Source of the DNA: Polynucleobacter meluiroseus
Lineage (GTDB): Bacteria; Pseudomonadota; Gammaproteobacteria; Burkholderiales; Burkholderiaceae
Length of the DNA stretch: 64,000 bases
Reading direction: 5' to 3'
NCBI GenBank assembly: GCA_945879115.1
Contig: CAMDUR010000005.1
Span: 11,923-75,922, forward strand
In this document: piece after piece, positions 11,376 to 20,524 of the stretch
Layout of the letters: every line of letters begins with the position of its first letter
Numbering within the stretch: position 1 is the stretch's first letter
Program-made: the position numbers and the translations under genes
The notes under the pieces: generated by a model
Database searches by the model: none
What the model was told of the DNA's origin: nothing
Seen by the model: only the letters and a program-made list of their open reading frames with translations

Positions 11376-11630
11376 ATGGTTATTTTTGACACATTGCAAT
11401 CTGTCAATGCTTTGACTAAATCAGGCATGGATGTGCAGCAAGCTACGACTCTTACTGTCATTTTAAAAGGTTTATTTGAAAGCCAATATGGCAATTTAGT
11501 AACCAAACAAGATCTAGATAAATTATCGACGGAATGTAAGGCTGAAATAAAGTCGGTTAAGTGGATGTTAAGTATTTTCGGAGCTATCGTGATGGCTGCC
11601 ATTGTTCAACATAACTTCATTCATTCATAG
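11376..11630 (+). CDS. small DUF1640-like coiled-coil protein with C-terminal membrane anchor
   Basis: 84 aa. N-terminus FDTLQSVNALTKSGMDVQQATTL resembles DUF1640/CCDC90-like proteins. C-terminal hydrophobic helix WMLSIFGAIVMAAIV. Strong RBS AAAGGAG 5 nt upstream. Confidence 0.6.
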   Translation: MVIFDTLQSVNALTKSGMDVQQATTLTVILKGLFESQYGNLVTKQDLDKLSTECKAEIKSVKWMLSIFGAIVMAAIVQHNFIHS

Positions 11631-11760
11631 AACTCAAGTTCGCAGCTTGTATTTGGAGCTAAAAATAGGCTAATTGAATTGAATTGATAGGTTAATCTTT
11701 TATAAACAAAATCTTTAGTGTTTTTATGACTTTTAGCGTTTTGAGTCTTAAAATAAGAGG

Positions 11761-12789
11761 ATGCTTAATTCATCCTCTTCACCAAACATTAAAATAACGT
11801 CTTTATTGGCCCTAGCGCTGAGTTTGACTGCTTTTGTGAGTATCTCTGTTAACGCTAAAGTTCCTGAAACTAAAACTGAGGACAGAAAAACTGCGATTGT
11901 TCTCAATTCTGGTGAGGCCAGTGTTAGTTTGATTGATATGAACACTCGTCAGGTCTATAAAACCTTCCCAATTGGTAAAGAGCCACATCATTTAATGATT
12001 ACCCCTGATCAAAAGTTAGTTTTGGTAGCAAATGCTGCAGGAGATGATGTTGTCTTTTTAGATCCTAAGACTGGAGATGTACAACGTCGACTACCTAATA
12101 TTATTGATCCATACCATATTGGCTACTCGCCAGATAAGAAATGGTTTGTTGCAGCAGGTAATCGCTTAGACCGTGTTGATATTTATAAAGCCAATGGTCA
12201 AGAGCTGACCATGAGTAAGATTGTGAAGGCATCAAAAACACCTAGTCATATTGCTTTTACATCTAACAGTAAGATCACTTTTGTAACATTGCAAGACTCC
12301 AATGAATTAATTGCTATCGATCTATCCTCACAAGAGATCATTTGGCGTATGCCAATTGGCAAAATGCCAGCAGGTGTTTGGATGACCCCCGGGGATAAAT
12401 ATTTATTAATTGGATTAACCGGCTCTGACAGCGTTCAGGTGATTGACTGGAAAAATCAAAAGATTATTAAAGAGATTCAAACTGGAAAAGGCGCTCATAA
12501 CTTCAGACCTTTGGGCGATAAACGCCACATCTTTCTGACGAATCGCGTTGATTCAACCATCAGTATTTTAGATATGGTTAAGCTAGAAAAGGTCGCTGAT
12601 ATTACTGGGCTGCCATCAGGGCCAGATTGCATGGACATAACACCCGATGGTAAAGAATTATGGGTCACATTTCGATTTGCTAAAAAGGTTGGAATTATTG
12701 ACATTGCCAGCAGAAAGCTGATCTCAACTATTCCAGTGGGTAAAAGTCCTCATGGCATATTTTTTCACCCAAGCGCTCCATGGCAATAA
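11761..12789 (+). CDS. exported YVTN-type beta-propeller repeat protein
   Basis: Signal peptide (...LTAFVSISVNA) followed by seven repeats of the type GKEPHHLMITPDQK, IIDPYHIGYSPDKK, SKTPSHIAFTSNSK, GKMPAGVWMTPGDK, GKGAHNFRPLGDKR, PSGPDCMDITPDGK and GKSPHGIFFHPS. Confidence 0.7.
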   Translation: MLNSSSSPNIKITSLLALALSLTAFVSISVNAKVPETKTEDRKTAIVLNSGEASVSLIDMNTRQVYKTFPIGKEPHHLMITPDQKLVLVANAAGDDVVFLDPKTGDVQRRLPNIIDPYHIGYSPDKKWFVAAGNRLDRVDIYKANGQELTMSKIVKASKTPSHIAFTSNSKITFVTLQDSNELIAIDLSSQEIIWRMPIGKMPAGVWMTPGDKYLLIGLTGSDSVQVIDWKNQKIIKEIQTGKGAHNFRPLGDKRHIFLTNRVDSTISILDMVKLEKVADITGLPSGPDCMDITPDGKELWVTFRFAKKVGIIDIASRKLISTIPVGKSPHGIFFHPSAPWQ

Positions 12790-12825
12790 CCAGCGACTTT
12801 TTAGCTAAACAGGAGAGATACTAGC

Positions 12826-13593
12826 TTGAAGATTTTTTTGTCATCGCTTTATTTCTTTAGCGCTTTTACTTTCGCCGCAACTTGTAATAAGCCGGTTTAT
12901 TTGACATTTGATACAGGTAACATGGCTGTTGCGGAGTATGTCGCCAGCACTCTTAGTAAGCACCAAGTTAAAGCCACATTTTTTTTGGCTAACGAAAAAA
13001 CTAAGCGGGGAGACTTTTCTCTTGATGACTCTTGGTCTTCTTTTTGGAAAAATTTAAAAAAAGAAGGGCATGTCTTTGGCAACCATACCTATCAACATAC
13101 TTATTTCATCAATGATTTAGATAATAATAAAGTCATGGTCCGACCTCAATTTGGACCCTACGCAGGTAAGAAGGTGACTGTTGATCAACCGAATTTATGC
13201 AGTGAATTGCAATTAGTGAACGAACGTTTTAAGAAAATGACTGGCTCTCCTTTGGATCCTGTTTGGAGAGCTCCGGGTGGGAAAGTTTCTCCTCAATATA
13301 TCGAAATGGGACATATCTGTGGCTATACCCACATAGGTTGGTCCCCAGCTGGGTTTTTAGGTGATGAGCTATCCTCTGAAAAGTTCTCTAATAAGTACCT
13401 TTTAGATAAAGCTCTGAGAGAAATTCGTTCAGGTGATGTGTTGATGGCGCATTTGGGGATTTGGTCTAGGCAAGACGCTTGGGCTCCTGCCGTCCTAGAG
13501 CCCCTGATTATTGGTTTGAAGGAAAAAGGTTTTTGTTTTGAAACTATTAATCAAACCAAGCGTAATTCTCAATTTTCTAGAATAATCCAGTAA
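12826..13593 (+). CDS. exported polysaccharide deacetylase (NodB-fold) family protein, variant motif 1
   Basis: TTG start 8 nt after RBS AGGAGAG, followed by a signal peptide. NodB-like motifs LTFDTGN (canonical is TFDDG) and GNHTYQH. Confidence 0.65.
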   Translation: MKIFLSSLYFFSAFTFAATCNKPVYLTFDTGNMAVAEYVASTLSKHQVKATFFLANEKTKRGDFSLDDSWSSFWKNLKKEGHVFGNHTYQHTYFINDLDNNKVMVRPQFGPYAGKKVTVDQPNLCSELQLVNERFKKMTGSPLDPVWRAPGGKVSPQYIEMGHICGYTHIGWSPAGFLGDELSSEKFSNKYLLDKALREIRSGDVLMAHLGIWSRQDAWAPAVLEPLIIGLKEKGFCFETINQTKRNSQFSRIIQ

Positions 13594-14553
13594 ATGAGCA
13601 CATTGGTAACCTGGTATTCAAATATTCAAGAGTGGATGATGCAAAACATCGTTTTGCCAACACTCTATGCAACTAATGGGATGGGCCACGCTGATGATGC
13701 ATTGACTGGTCTTGATTGGTTTCTCTTGGGGTCCATTCAAATAATAGTGATTGCTTTAATTTTTAAGCCCATTGAGTCTTTAATTCCTGCAGAAGATCCC
13801 AGTAAACATAGTAAAAAAAATCTACAAATTTCGGATGTTTTTTACACCTTAATTCATCGCTTAGGAATTTTTAAGCTGGTTCTTTTTTTAGCTTTTTCAA
13901 ATTTATTCTTTTGGTTTGATGCTCAACTTCATGATGTCGGTTTCAAACAATTTAATGTTGAAAATTGGATCCCTGGAATAACCTCTATTCCGCTAATTAG
14001 TTTTTTAATTTATTTAATCATTATTGATTTCTTTGAATACGTTTACCACCGTTCTTCCCATAAATTAAATTGGTGGTGGCAGCTTCATAGCTTACATCAT
14101 AGCCAGCAATATATGACAGCTTGGAGTGATAACAGAAACCATGTATTGGATGATTTGATGCACGCTGCATTTTTTGCAGTATTAGCATTGATGATTGGAG
14201 TTGAGCCAATCCAATTCCTTTGGATCATTGCACTAGGTCAACTAATACAAAGCTGGCAGCATGCTAATTTAAACTTAGACCATGGCTGGTTTAAATACGT
14301 GTTGATATCACCGAAGTATCATCGTCTACACCATGCGGTTGGCATGGGCTACGAAGTTGAGGGTCGCCCCGGAATACTGGGCGGTTGCAACTTTGGAATT
14401 CTTTTTCCTTGGTGGGATATGGCTTTAGGAACTGCTCGCTTTAGTCAGGAAGTTCATCCAACAGGCGTTAGAGGGTTATCAGTTTCTAATAATCCTCTTC
14501 TTCATCAGTGGCATGGTTTAGTGCATTGTTTTAAATCATTGCTTTCAAAATAA
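13594..14553 (+). CDS. membrane fatty-acid hydroxylase / sterol desaturase family protein
   Basis: Polytopic 319-aa protein with three histidine boxes: HRSSH, HSLHH and HRLHH. The ATG directly abuts the upstream stop (TAAATG). Confidence 0.8.
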   Translation: MSTLVTWYSNIQEWMMQNIVLPTLYATNGMGHADDALTGLDWFLLGSIQIIVIALIFKPIESLIPAEDPSKHSKKNLQISDVFYTLIHRLGIFKLVLFLAFSNLFFWFDAQLHDVGFKQFNVENWIPGITSIPLISFLIYLIIIDFFEYVYHRSSHKLNWWWQLHSLHHSQQYMTAWSDNRNHVLDDLMHAAFFAVLALMIGVEPIQFLWIIALGQLIQSWQHANLNLDHGWFKYVLISPKYHRLHHAVGMGYEVEGRPGILGGCNFGILFPWWDMALGTARFSQEVHPTGVRGLSVSNNPLLHQWHGLVHCFKSLLSK

Positions 14554-14568
14554 ATCTGAAGGTACAAC

Positions 14569-15375
14569 TTGTTTAGATCATTCGGCTTAGCTCTTATTGG
14601 ATTACTTCATCCTAGAATTATTTGGCTCACCTTTAGGCCATTCATCCTTTTGAGTCTTCTTTGGGGAATTCTTTTTTATTTCATCTGGGAAAAATCGATT
14701 GCCATCATGAGTGATTTGATTACCAACTCATTTATTACATCATGGCTTGCAGATTTGATGACTACTGCTGGTTGGGATGAGCTGCGTGCTGTAGTTGCAC
14801 CACTGTTATTTGTGGGCCTTTTAATTCCAATAATTACCATTTCACTCTTAATTTTTATTGCGTTCACATCAGTTCCTGGGGTGGTGAAGCATTTATCCAA
14901 ACAAAAACATTACCTTTCTATGTATGAGGCAAAGGGTGGGGGATTACTGGGCAGTATTGGCTATTCTTTTATCTCTATTTTGATTTGTATGGTTTTACTA
15001 TTAATGACCTTACCTTTTTGGTGGATGCCTCCTATGGTTGCGATCATTCCGCCTTTGTTGTGGGGTTGGTTGACGATGCGATTGATGACTTATGATGTCC
15101 TTGCTCAACACGCCAGTGCTGAAGAGCGGACTGCCCTGATAGGTAAACGCAAATGGACTCTATTCACAATGGGAGTCATTTCTGGATTGATGGGTGCAGT
15201 TCCAACTTTCTTTTGGGCAACATCAGCATTTGCTTTGGTATTCTTTCCGATTGTTTCTATTTTTGCTCTTTGGGTTTACTCCATGGTTTTTATCTTCTCA
15301 ACACTATGGTTTGCACACTACCTATTAGAAGAGCTACGTTTAGAAAGGCTTAACGGAGTCATTGATGTCTCTTAA
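14569..15375 (+). CDS. EI24/CysZ-like integral membrane protein
   Basis: 268 aa with multiple TM helices. The overall pattern resembles EI24-domain proteins. TTG start, so the start is uncertain. Confidence 0.5.
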   Translation: MFRSFGLALIGLLHPRIIWLTFRPFILLSLLWGILFYFIWEKSIAIMSDLITNSFITSWLADLMTTAGWDELRAVVAPLLFVGLLIPIITISLLIFIAFTSVPGVVKHLSKQKHYLSMYEAKGGGLLGSIGYSFISILICMVLLLMTLPFWWMPPMVAIIPPLLWGWLTMRLMTYDVLAQHASAEERTALIGKRKWTLFTMGVISGLMGAVPTFFWATSAFALVFFPIVSIFALWVYSMVFIFSTLWFAHYLLEELRLERLNGVIDVS

Positions 15376-16213
15376 CTTGAATAAAAGAAAATTTAGATTA
15401 TTGGTTATTGGCGATGAGATTTTGTCGGGTAAGCGACAGGATAAACATATGTCAAAACTGATCGAACTCTTATCTGATAGAAGTCTCTCTTTGAGCCACG
15501 TTGAGTTTGTTGCAGACGAGCGTGGGGCGATTACAGAAGTTTTAAAGCGAAGTTTTGCAAGTGGCGATATCGTTTTTAGTACAGGAGGCATCGGCTCAAC
15601 GCCTGACGACCATACAAGGCAATGCGCTGCAGCTGCTTTAGGAGTGGAATTGGTTTTGCATCCTGAAGCACAGCAATTAATTACTCAGAGAATCATTACT
15701 AACTCCGATGGTGACCCTGTCAAATTGGACCTTACTACAAGAGAAAATCTTCAACGCATGAAGATGGGTGAGTTTCCAATGGGTAGTGAAATTATCCCCA
15801 ACTCCTATAACCAGATCCCTGGCTTTAGTATTCATGAGCATTATTTTATGCCTGGTTTTCCGGTGATGGCTGAGCCTATGATGATTTGGGTTTTGGACCA
15901 CCTTTACTCTGAGCTTTGTCACAAGCAAGATCATCTTGAGCGTAGTTTTATCGTTCCCCTAGCAATGGAAGCTAATTTGACTCCTTTAATGGAAAATATT
16001 GAGAGTCGTTTTCCTGCTGTCAGGGTTTTTAGTCTGCCATCTGTAGGGGATCCCAAAAGATCAGGTATTTTCTCCAGGCGCCATATTGAACTGGGTGTTA
16101 AAGGTCAGACTAATGAGGTTTTACGCGCTTTACCCATTTTGCAGCAAGGTGTTCATGATTTAGGTCACGAAACTCATGATTTGCCCGTCAATGGTGCCTT
16201 TTCAGGCTCTTAA
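15365..16213 (+). CDS. CinA-N / MoCF-biosynthesis-domain protein (competence/damage-inducible protein A-like)
   Basis: N-terminal RLLVIGDEILSGKRQDKH...FSTGGIGSTPDDHT is typical of the MoCF-BD/CinA N-domain. ATG 15365 is preferred over TTG 15362. It overlaps the upstream gene by 11 nt. Confidence 0.7.
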   Translation: MSLNLNKRKFRLLVIGDEILSGKRQDKHMSKLIELLSDRSLSLSHVEFVADERGAITEVLKRSFASGDIVFSTGGIGSTPDDHTRQCAAAALGVELVLHPEAQQLITQRIITNSDGDPVKLDLTTRENLQRMKMGEFPMGSEIIPNSYNQIPGFSIHEHYFMPGFPVMAEPMMIWVLDHLYSELCHKQDHLERSFIVPLAMEANLTPLMENIESRFPAVRVFSLPSVGDPKRSGIFSRRHIELGVKGQTNEVLRALPILQQGVHDLGHETHDLPVNGAFSGS

Positions 16214-16227
16214 GTAATTTGGGGCAT

Positions 16228-16250
16228 AATTGCACCAAAATAGTGCAATT
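16228..16250. promoter_or_regulatory. NtrC (NR-I) enhancer-type binding site upstream of glnA
   Basis: Perfect inverted repeat AATTGCAC-N7-GTGCAATT. The core TGCACCAAAATAGTGCA has the spacing of the TGCACC-N5-GGTGCA consensus. It lies about 75-95 bp upstream of the sigma-54 promoter. Confidence 0.7.
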
Positions 16251-16308
16251 AAGTTTTATTTCATGGATTTTATTAGCCTAAAATGCTGGAAAGTTATGAA
16301 GTTTGTTT

Positions 16309-16324
16309 TGGCATGCTTCGTGCA
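16309..16324 (+). promoter_or_regulatory. sigma-54 (-24/-12) promoter of glnA
   Basis: TGGCATGCTTCGTGCA compared with consensus TGGCAC-N5-TTGCA. The GG and GC dinucleotides are in correct register, 73 nt upstream of the glnA ATG. Confidence 0.7.
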
Positions 16325-16396
16325 TGATTTGTATTAGCAGGTTATTTGATGAAGTTTTTGAATAACTTATTTGAGATTGTTTAACAGGAGATTTGC

Positions 16397-17815
16397 ATGA
16401 CCACGAAGACCGTCGCAGATGTAATGAAGCTTGCGAAAGAAAAAGAAGTTACTTTTGTAGACTTCCGTTTTACAGATACCAAAGGTAAAGAGCAGCACGT
16501 ATCAGTACCTGTTTCTCACTTTAACGAAGATAAATTTGAGAGCGGTCATGCATTTGACGGCTCTTCAATCGCTGGCTGGAAAGGCATTGAAGCATCAGAT
16601 ATGTTGTTGATTCCTGATCCAACAACAGCTTATATTGATCCATTCTACGAAGAGCCAACATTGGTTCTTTCATGTGACGTTATTGAGCCATCAGATGGTA
16701 AAGGTTATGACCGTGATCCACGATCTATCGCTAAACGCGCTGAAGCCTACTTAAAGAGCACAGGCATTGGTGATACAGCTTACTTTGGTCCAGAGCCAGA
16801 GTTCTTTGTATTTGATAGCGTGACTTGGGGTAATGACATGCAAGGTTGTTTCTTCAAAGTTGAATCTGAAGAGGCTAACTGGTCATCTGCAACAACATTT
16901 GAGCATGGTAATACTGGTCACCGTCCAGGTAAAAAGGGCGGTTATTTCCCAGTAGCTCCAGTAGATACATTCCAAGATATGCGTTCTGAAATGTGTTTGA
17001 TTCTTGAGTCACTTGGCATTCCAGTTGAAGTTCATCACCATGAAGTTGCTGGTCAAGGTCAAAATGAATTAGGTACTAGATTTAGCACATTAGTTCAACG
17101 TGCTGACTGGACTATCTTGCAAAAGTATGTGATTCAAAACGTTGCTCACGCTTACGGTAAGACAGCGACATTTATGCCTAAGCCAATCGTTGGTGACAAC
17201 GGTTCAGGTATGCACGTACACCAGTCAGTTTGGAAAGACGGTCAAAACCTTTTTGCGGGTAATGGATACGCTGGTCTATCAGATCTTGCTTTGTACTACA
17301 TTGGTGGCATTATCAAGCACGCTCGTGCCTTGAACGCTATTACAAACCCAGGCACTAACTCTTATAAGCGTTTAGTTCCGGGATTTGAGGCACCAGTTAA
17401 GTTAGCTTACTCAGCACGTAACCGTTCTGCATCAATCCGTATTCCTCACGTTGCCAATCCTAAGGGTCGTCGTATTGAGACTCGTTTCCCAGATCCTTTG
17501 GCAAACCCATACCTATGTTTCGCTGCATTGATGATGGCTGGTTTGGATGGTATTCAAAACAAAATTCATCCAGGTGAAGCTGCAGACAAGAACTTGTATG
17601 ACTTGCCGCCAGAAGAAGACGCAAAGATTCCAACGGTATGTAACAGTTTGGATCAGGCGCTTGAGGCATTGAATGCTGACCGTGAGTTCTTAACTCGTGG
17701 TGGTGTATTCACCAACTCAATGCTTGATGCTTATATCGAATTGAAGATGGAAGAAGTTACACGCTTCCGTATGGCTGCTCACCCAGTCGAATTCGATATG
17801 TACTATTCACTCTAA
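16397..17815 (+). CDS. glnA: glutamine synthetase type I
   Basis: 472 aa with conserved GS-I blocks ([34 protein letters not shown]) and the adenylylation-site context [10 protein letters not shown]. Confidence 0.97.
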   Translation: MTTKTVADVMKLAKEKEVTFVDFRFTDTKGKEQHVSVPVSHFNEDKFESGHAFDGSSIAGWKGIEASDMLLIPDPTTAYIDPFYEEPTLVLSCDVIEPSDGKGYDRDPRSIAKRAEAYLKSTGIGDTAYFGPEPEFFVFDSVTWGNDMQGCFFKVESEEANWSSATTFEHGNTGHRPGKKGGYFPVAPVDTFQDMRSEMCLILESLGIPVEVHHHEVAGQGQNELGTRFSTLVQRADWTILQKYVIQNVAHAYGKTATFMPKPIVGDNGSGMHVHQSVWKDGQNLFAGNGYAGLSDLALYYIGGIIKHARALNAITNPGTNSYKRLVPGFEAPVKLAYSARNRSASIRIPHVANPKGRRIETRFPDPLANPYLCFAALMMAGLDGIQNKIHPGEAADKNLYDLPPEEDAKIPTVCNSLDQALEALNADREFLTRGGVFTNSMLDAYIELKMEEVTRFRMAAHPVEFDMYYSL

Positions 17816-17846
17816 TCGAGAGAATAGAGTAAAGGATCGCGCAGGT

Positions 17847-18971
17847 ATGTTGCGCAAACCAGCAAAAGGGGCAGCTACAGCTGCCCTTTTTTCTCCCTAC
17901 TCAGCATGGGATCAGTTGCCCAATGCTATGTTGGTAGTTGATTACGTCCATCGAATGGTTGTTTACGCTAATCCAATGGCTGAAATGAGTCTTGATATTT
18001 CACGGAAGATATTGGAGGGGTTAAGCATCCAGGATTTGTTTGGGCAATCTCAAGACTTAATAAAAATGCTTGATGCTGTTCAAGGAGAGCAGATTGATGT
18101 TCAGAGACAAGATCTTCAATTAGGACCAGGACCATCAAGGCCAGATCATCAACCCATCATGGCTCATGCTGTAGTTGCTAGATTGGACGACCCTAACTTA
18201 GTTTTAATTGAGTGGCTGCCTCTGGATAGGCAGTTACGTAGCGAAAGAGATGCTAGGTTAGTTCAGCAAGTAGAGGCTAACAAAAGTTTGATGAGGAATT
18301 TAGCCCATGAGATAAAAAATCCATTGGGTGGTATCAGGGGTGCAGCACAGCTTTTGGAGTTTGAGCTCCCTGACCGCAGTCTTCACGAATACACCCAAGT
18401 CATTATTAAAGAATCAGATCGACTTCAATCTTTGGTTGATCGCTTGTTAGCACCTCACAAAAAGCAGCATATTGATGACTTCGTCAATATTCATGAGGTA
18501 TTAGAGCGGGTCAGGAGCTTGGTATTGGCAGAGTTCCCGCAAGGGCTCACGATTCAGCGTAACTATGACATTAGTTTGCCTGATCTTTTGGGCGATAAAG
18601 AGGCTTTGATTCAGGCAGTTTTAAATGTTGTTCACAATGCTGCTCAAGCTTTAACAGAGCAAATAGCTCAGGGAACAGCCTTGATTGAGTTACAAACCAG
18701 AGTTGCTAGAAATGTAACTATTAGTAAACAAAGATACAAACTGGCACTAGACTTGCATATAAAAGATAACGGCCCTGGAATACCGGAAGAAATTAAAGAT
18801 AAGATATTTTTTCCCTTGGTTTCAGGTAAGGAGGGCGGTAGTGGTTTAGGTCTGACGTTAGCTCAAACATATATCCAACAACATTTTGGATTTATTAGCT
18901 GTACAAGCACACCTGGATCAACAAACTTTCAAATGCAAATGCCTTTCCGTATTAAAAGCGGTGATGCTTAA
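17847..18971 (+). CDS. glnL: nitrogen regulation sensor kinase NtrB (NR-II)
   Basis: PAS-like N-terminus, H-box LAHEIKNPLGGIRGAAQLL and HATPase motifs (NGPGIP, GGSGLGL). Located between glnA and ntrC. Confidence 0.9.
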   Translation: MLRKPAKGAATAALFSPYSAWDQLPNAMLVVDYVHRMVVYANPMAEMSLDISRKILEGLSIQDLFGQSQDLIKMLDAVQGEQIDVQRQDLQLGPGPSRPDHQPIMAHAVVARLDDPNLVLIEWLPLDRQLRSERDARLVQQVEANKSLMRNLAHEIKNPLGGIRGAAQLLEFELPDRSLHEYTQVIIKESDRLQSLVDRLLAPHKKQHIDDFVNIHEVLERVRSLVLAEFPQGLTIQRNYDISLPDLLGDKEALIQAVLNVVHNAAQALTEQIAQGTALIELQTRVARNVTISKQRYKLALDLHIKDNGPGIPEEIKDKIFFPLVSGKEGGSGLGLTLAQTYIQQHFGFISCTSTPGSTNFQMQMPFRIKSGDA

Positions 18972-18989
18972 TCAGTATTGGATAAGAAT

Positions 18990-20438
18990 ATGAAACCAGT
19001 TTGGATTGTGGATGATGATCAATCAATACGCTGGGTATTGGAAAAAGCGCTACAACGCGAGCAAATCCCCTATCGAAGCTTTAGCAATCCACAGGATGTC
19101 CTGGATGCTTTTGATGAGAAACAAGAGCCACAGGTTCTAATTTCTGATATTCGTATGCCAAGAGGAAATGGCATTGATCTTTTACAACAAGTTAAAGCTG
19201 AGCATCCCAATGTGCCAGTGATCATCATGACTGCTTATTCAGATCTTGACTCAGCTGTTTCTTCATTTCAGAGTGGAGCTTTTGAATACATTACCAAACC
19301 ATTTGATTTAACCAAAGCAATTGAATTAATCCGTCGTGCTATTGATGAAAGTCTGCGTTTACAAAATCAGACTAAAGATGTTGTAGATAAGATGCAAGAA
19401 ACTACCGAGATTCTTGGTCAAGCCACTGCGATGCAGGATGTCTTTAGGGCGATTGGTCGTTTATCTCAGTCTAATGTTACGGTTCTGATAACGGGTGAAT
19501 CTGGTTCTGGTAAAGAGCTCGTTGCAAAAGCTCTTCATAAGCATAGCCCTAGAGCTTCAGGCCCTTTTATTGCACTAAATACAGCTGCTATTCCTAAAGA
19601 TTTATTAGAGTCTGAATTATTTGGCCATGAGCGTGGAGCATTTACAGGTGCTCAGACAATGAGGAGAGGCCGATTTGAACAAGCAGATGGCGGAACTTTA
19701 TTTTTAGATGAAATTGGTGATATGCCTTTCGATCTACAAACTAGATTGTTACGTGTGTTATCTGATGGTCATTTTTATCGTGTTGGTGGACATGATCCAA
19801 TTAAAGCTAATGTGAGAGTGATTGCGGCAACTCATCAAAACTTAGAAACTAGAGTGTCTGAAGGATTATTTAGAGAAGATTTGTATCACCGTCTCAATGT
19901 GATTCGTTTAAGGCTGCCATCACTACGTGAGCGTCGCGAAGATATTCCTCTATTGGCTAGACACTTTATGCAAACATCAGCTAAGTCATTAGGTATGGAT
20001 CCTAAACGCCTTGCTGATGATGCATTGGAAGCAATTGCAAAATTACCATTTCCGGGTAATGTTAGACAATTAGAAAATTTATGTCATTGGTTAACTGTGA
20101 TGGCGCCAGCTCAGGTTGTTGGAGCTCAAGATCTGCCTCCTGATGCAGTCGTTATGGGTGCTGATCTTCCTGAAGGCATCTCTACTTCTGAATTAATTAC
20201 AAACCATAAAGTGATTAACCCAAGTGACTGGGAATCAGCCGTAGCTCTTGTTGCTAAACAACTGTTACAAAACGGCACCAGAGAAGTTTTTAGTGTCCTA
20301 GAGACTAAATTTGAAAGGGCTATTCTTGTTGCAGCCCTTGAGGTGACAAGGGGTCGAAGAGTTGAGGCTGCAGAACGGTTGGGGATTGGTAGAAATACGA
20401 TTACACGAAAATTGCAAGAGCTTGAGATTGATATTTAA
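18990..20438 (+). CDS. glnG: nitrogen regulation response regulator NtrC (sigma-54 activator)
   Basis: Receiver domain ([18 protein letters not shown]), AAA+ sigma-54 interaction domain ([22 protein letters not shown]) and a C-terminal Fis-type HTH. ATG 18990 is preferred over TTG 18978. Confidence 0.93.
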   Translation: MKPVWIVDDDQSIRWVLEKALQREQIPYRSFSNPQDVLDAFDEKQEPQVLISDIRMPRGNGIDLLQQVKAEHPNVPVIIMTAYSDLDSAVSSFQSGAFEYITKPFDLTKAIELIRRAIDESLRLQNQTKDVVDKMQETTEILGQATAMQDVFRAIGRLSQSNVTVLITGESGSGKELVAKALHKHSPRASGPFIALNTAAIPKDLLESELFGHERGAFTGAQTMRRGRFEQADGGTLFLDEIGDMPFDLQTRLLRVLSDGHFYRVGGHDPIKANVRVIAATHQNLETRVSEGLFREDLYHRLNVIRLRLPSLRERREDIPLLARHFMQTSAKSLGMDPKRLADDALEAIAKLPFPGNVRQLENLCHWLTVMAPAQVVGAQDLPPDAVVMGADLPEGISTSELITNHKVINPSDWESAVALVAKQLLQNGTREVFSVLETKFERAILVAALEVTRGRRVEAAERLGIGRNTITRKLQELEIDI

Positions 20439-20524
20439 AAATCTTTTTCTTTATAAATAATTCTTAAGCTCTATTTTTTTGATTGCCGTTCATAATAGCG
20501 TTTTCAAACAATTTCATACAGATT

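Noticed and set aside
11672-11686. (AATTG)x3 microrepeat in the gap before the beta-propeller gene
   Set aside because: It is only 15 bp in an AT-rich spacer, which is compatible with chance or slippage. There is no associated structure.
16220-16234. Second sigma-54-like element, TGGGGCATAATTGCA, upstream of glnA
   Set aside because: The GG-to-GC spacing is one base shorter than the canonical -24/-12 register. The element also overlaps the NtrC palindrome, so it is more likely part of that site.
16296-16385. Two tiny upstream ORFs, both starting ATGAAGTTT, in the glnA leader
   Set aside because: They are 13 and 5 codons long and lack an RBS. The first overlaps the sigma-54 promoter, so it is probably upstream of the transcript start. 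No attenuator structure is evident.
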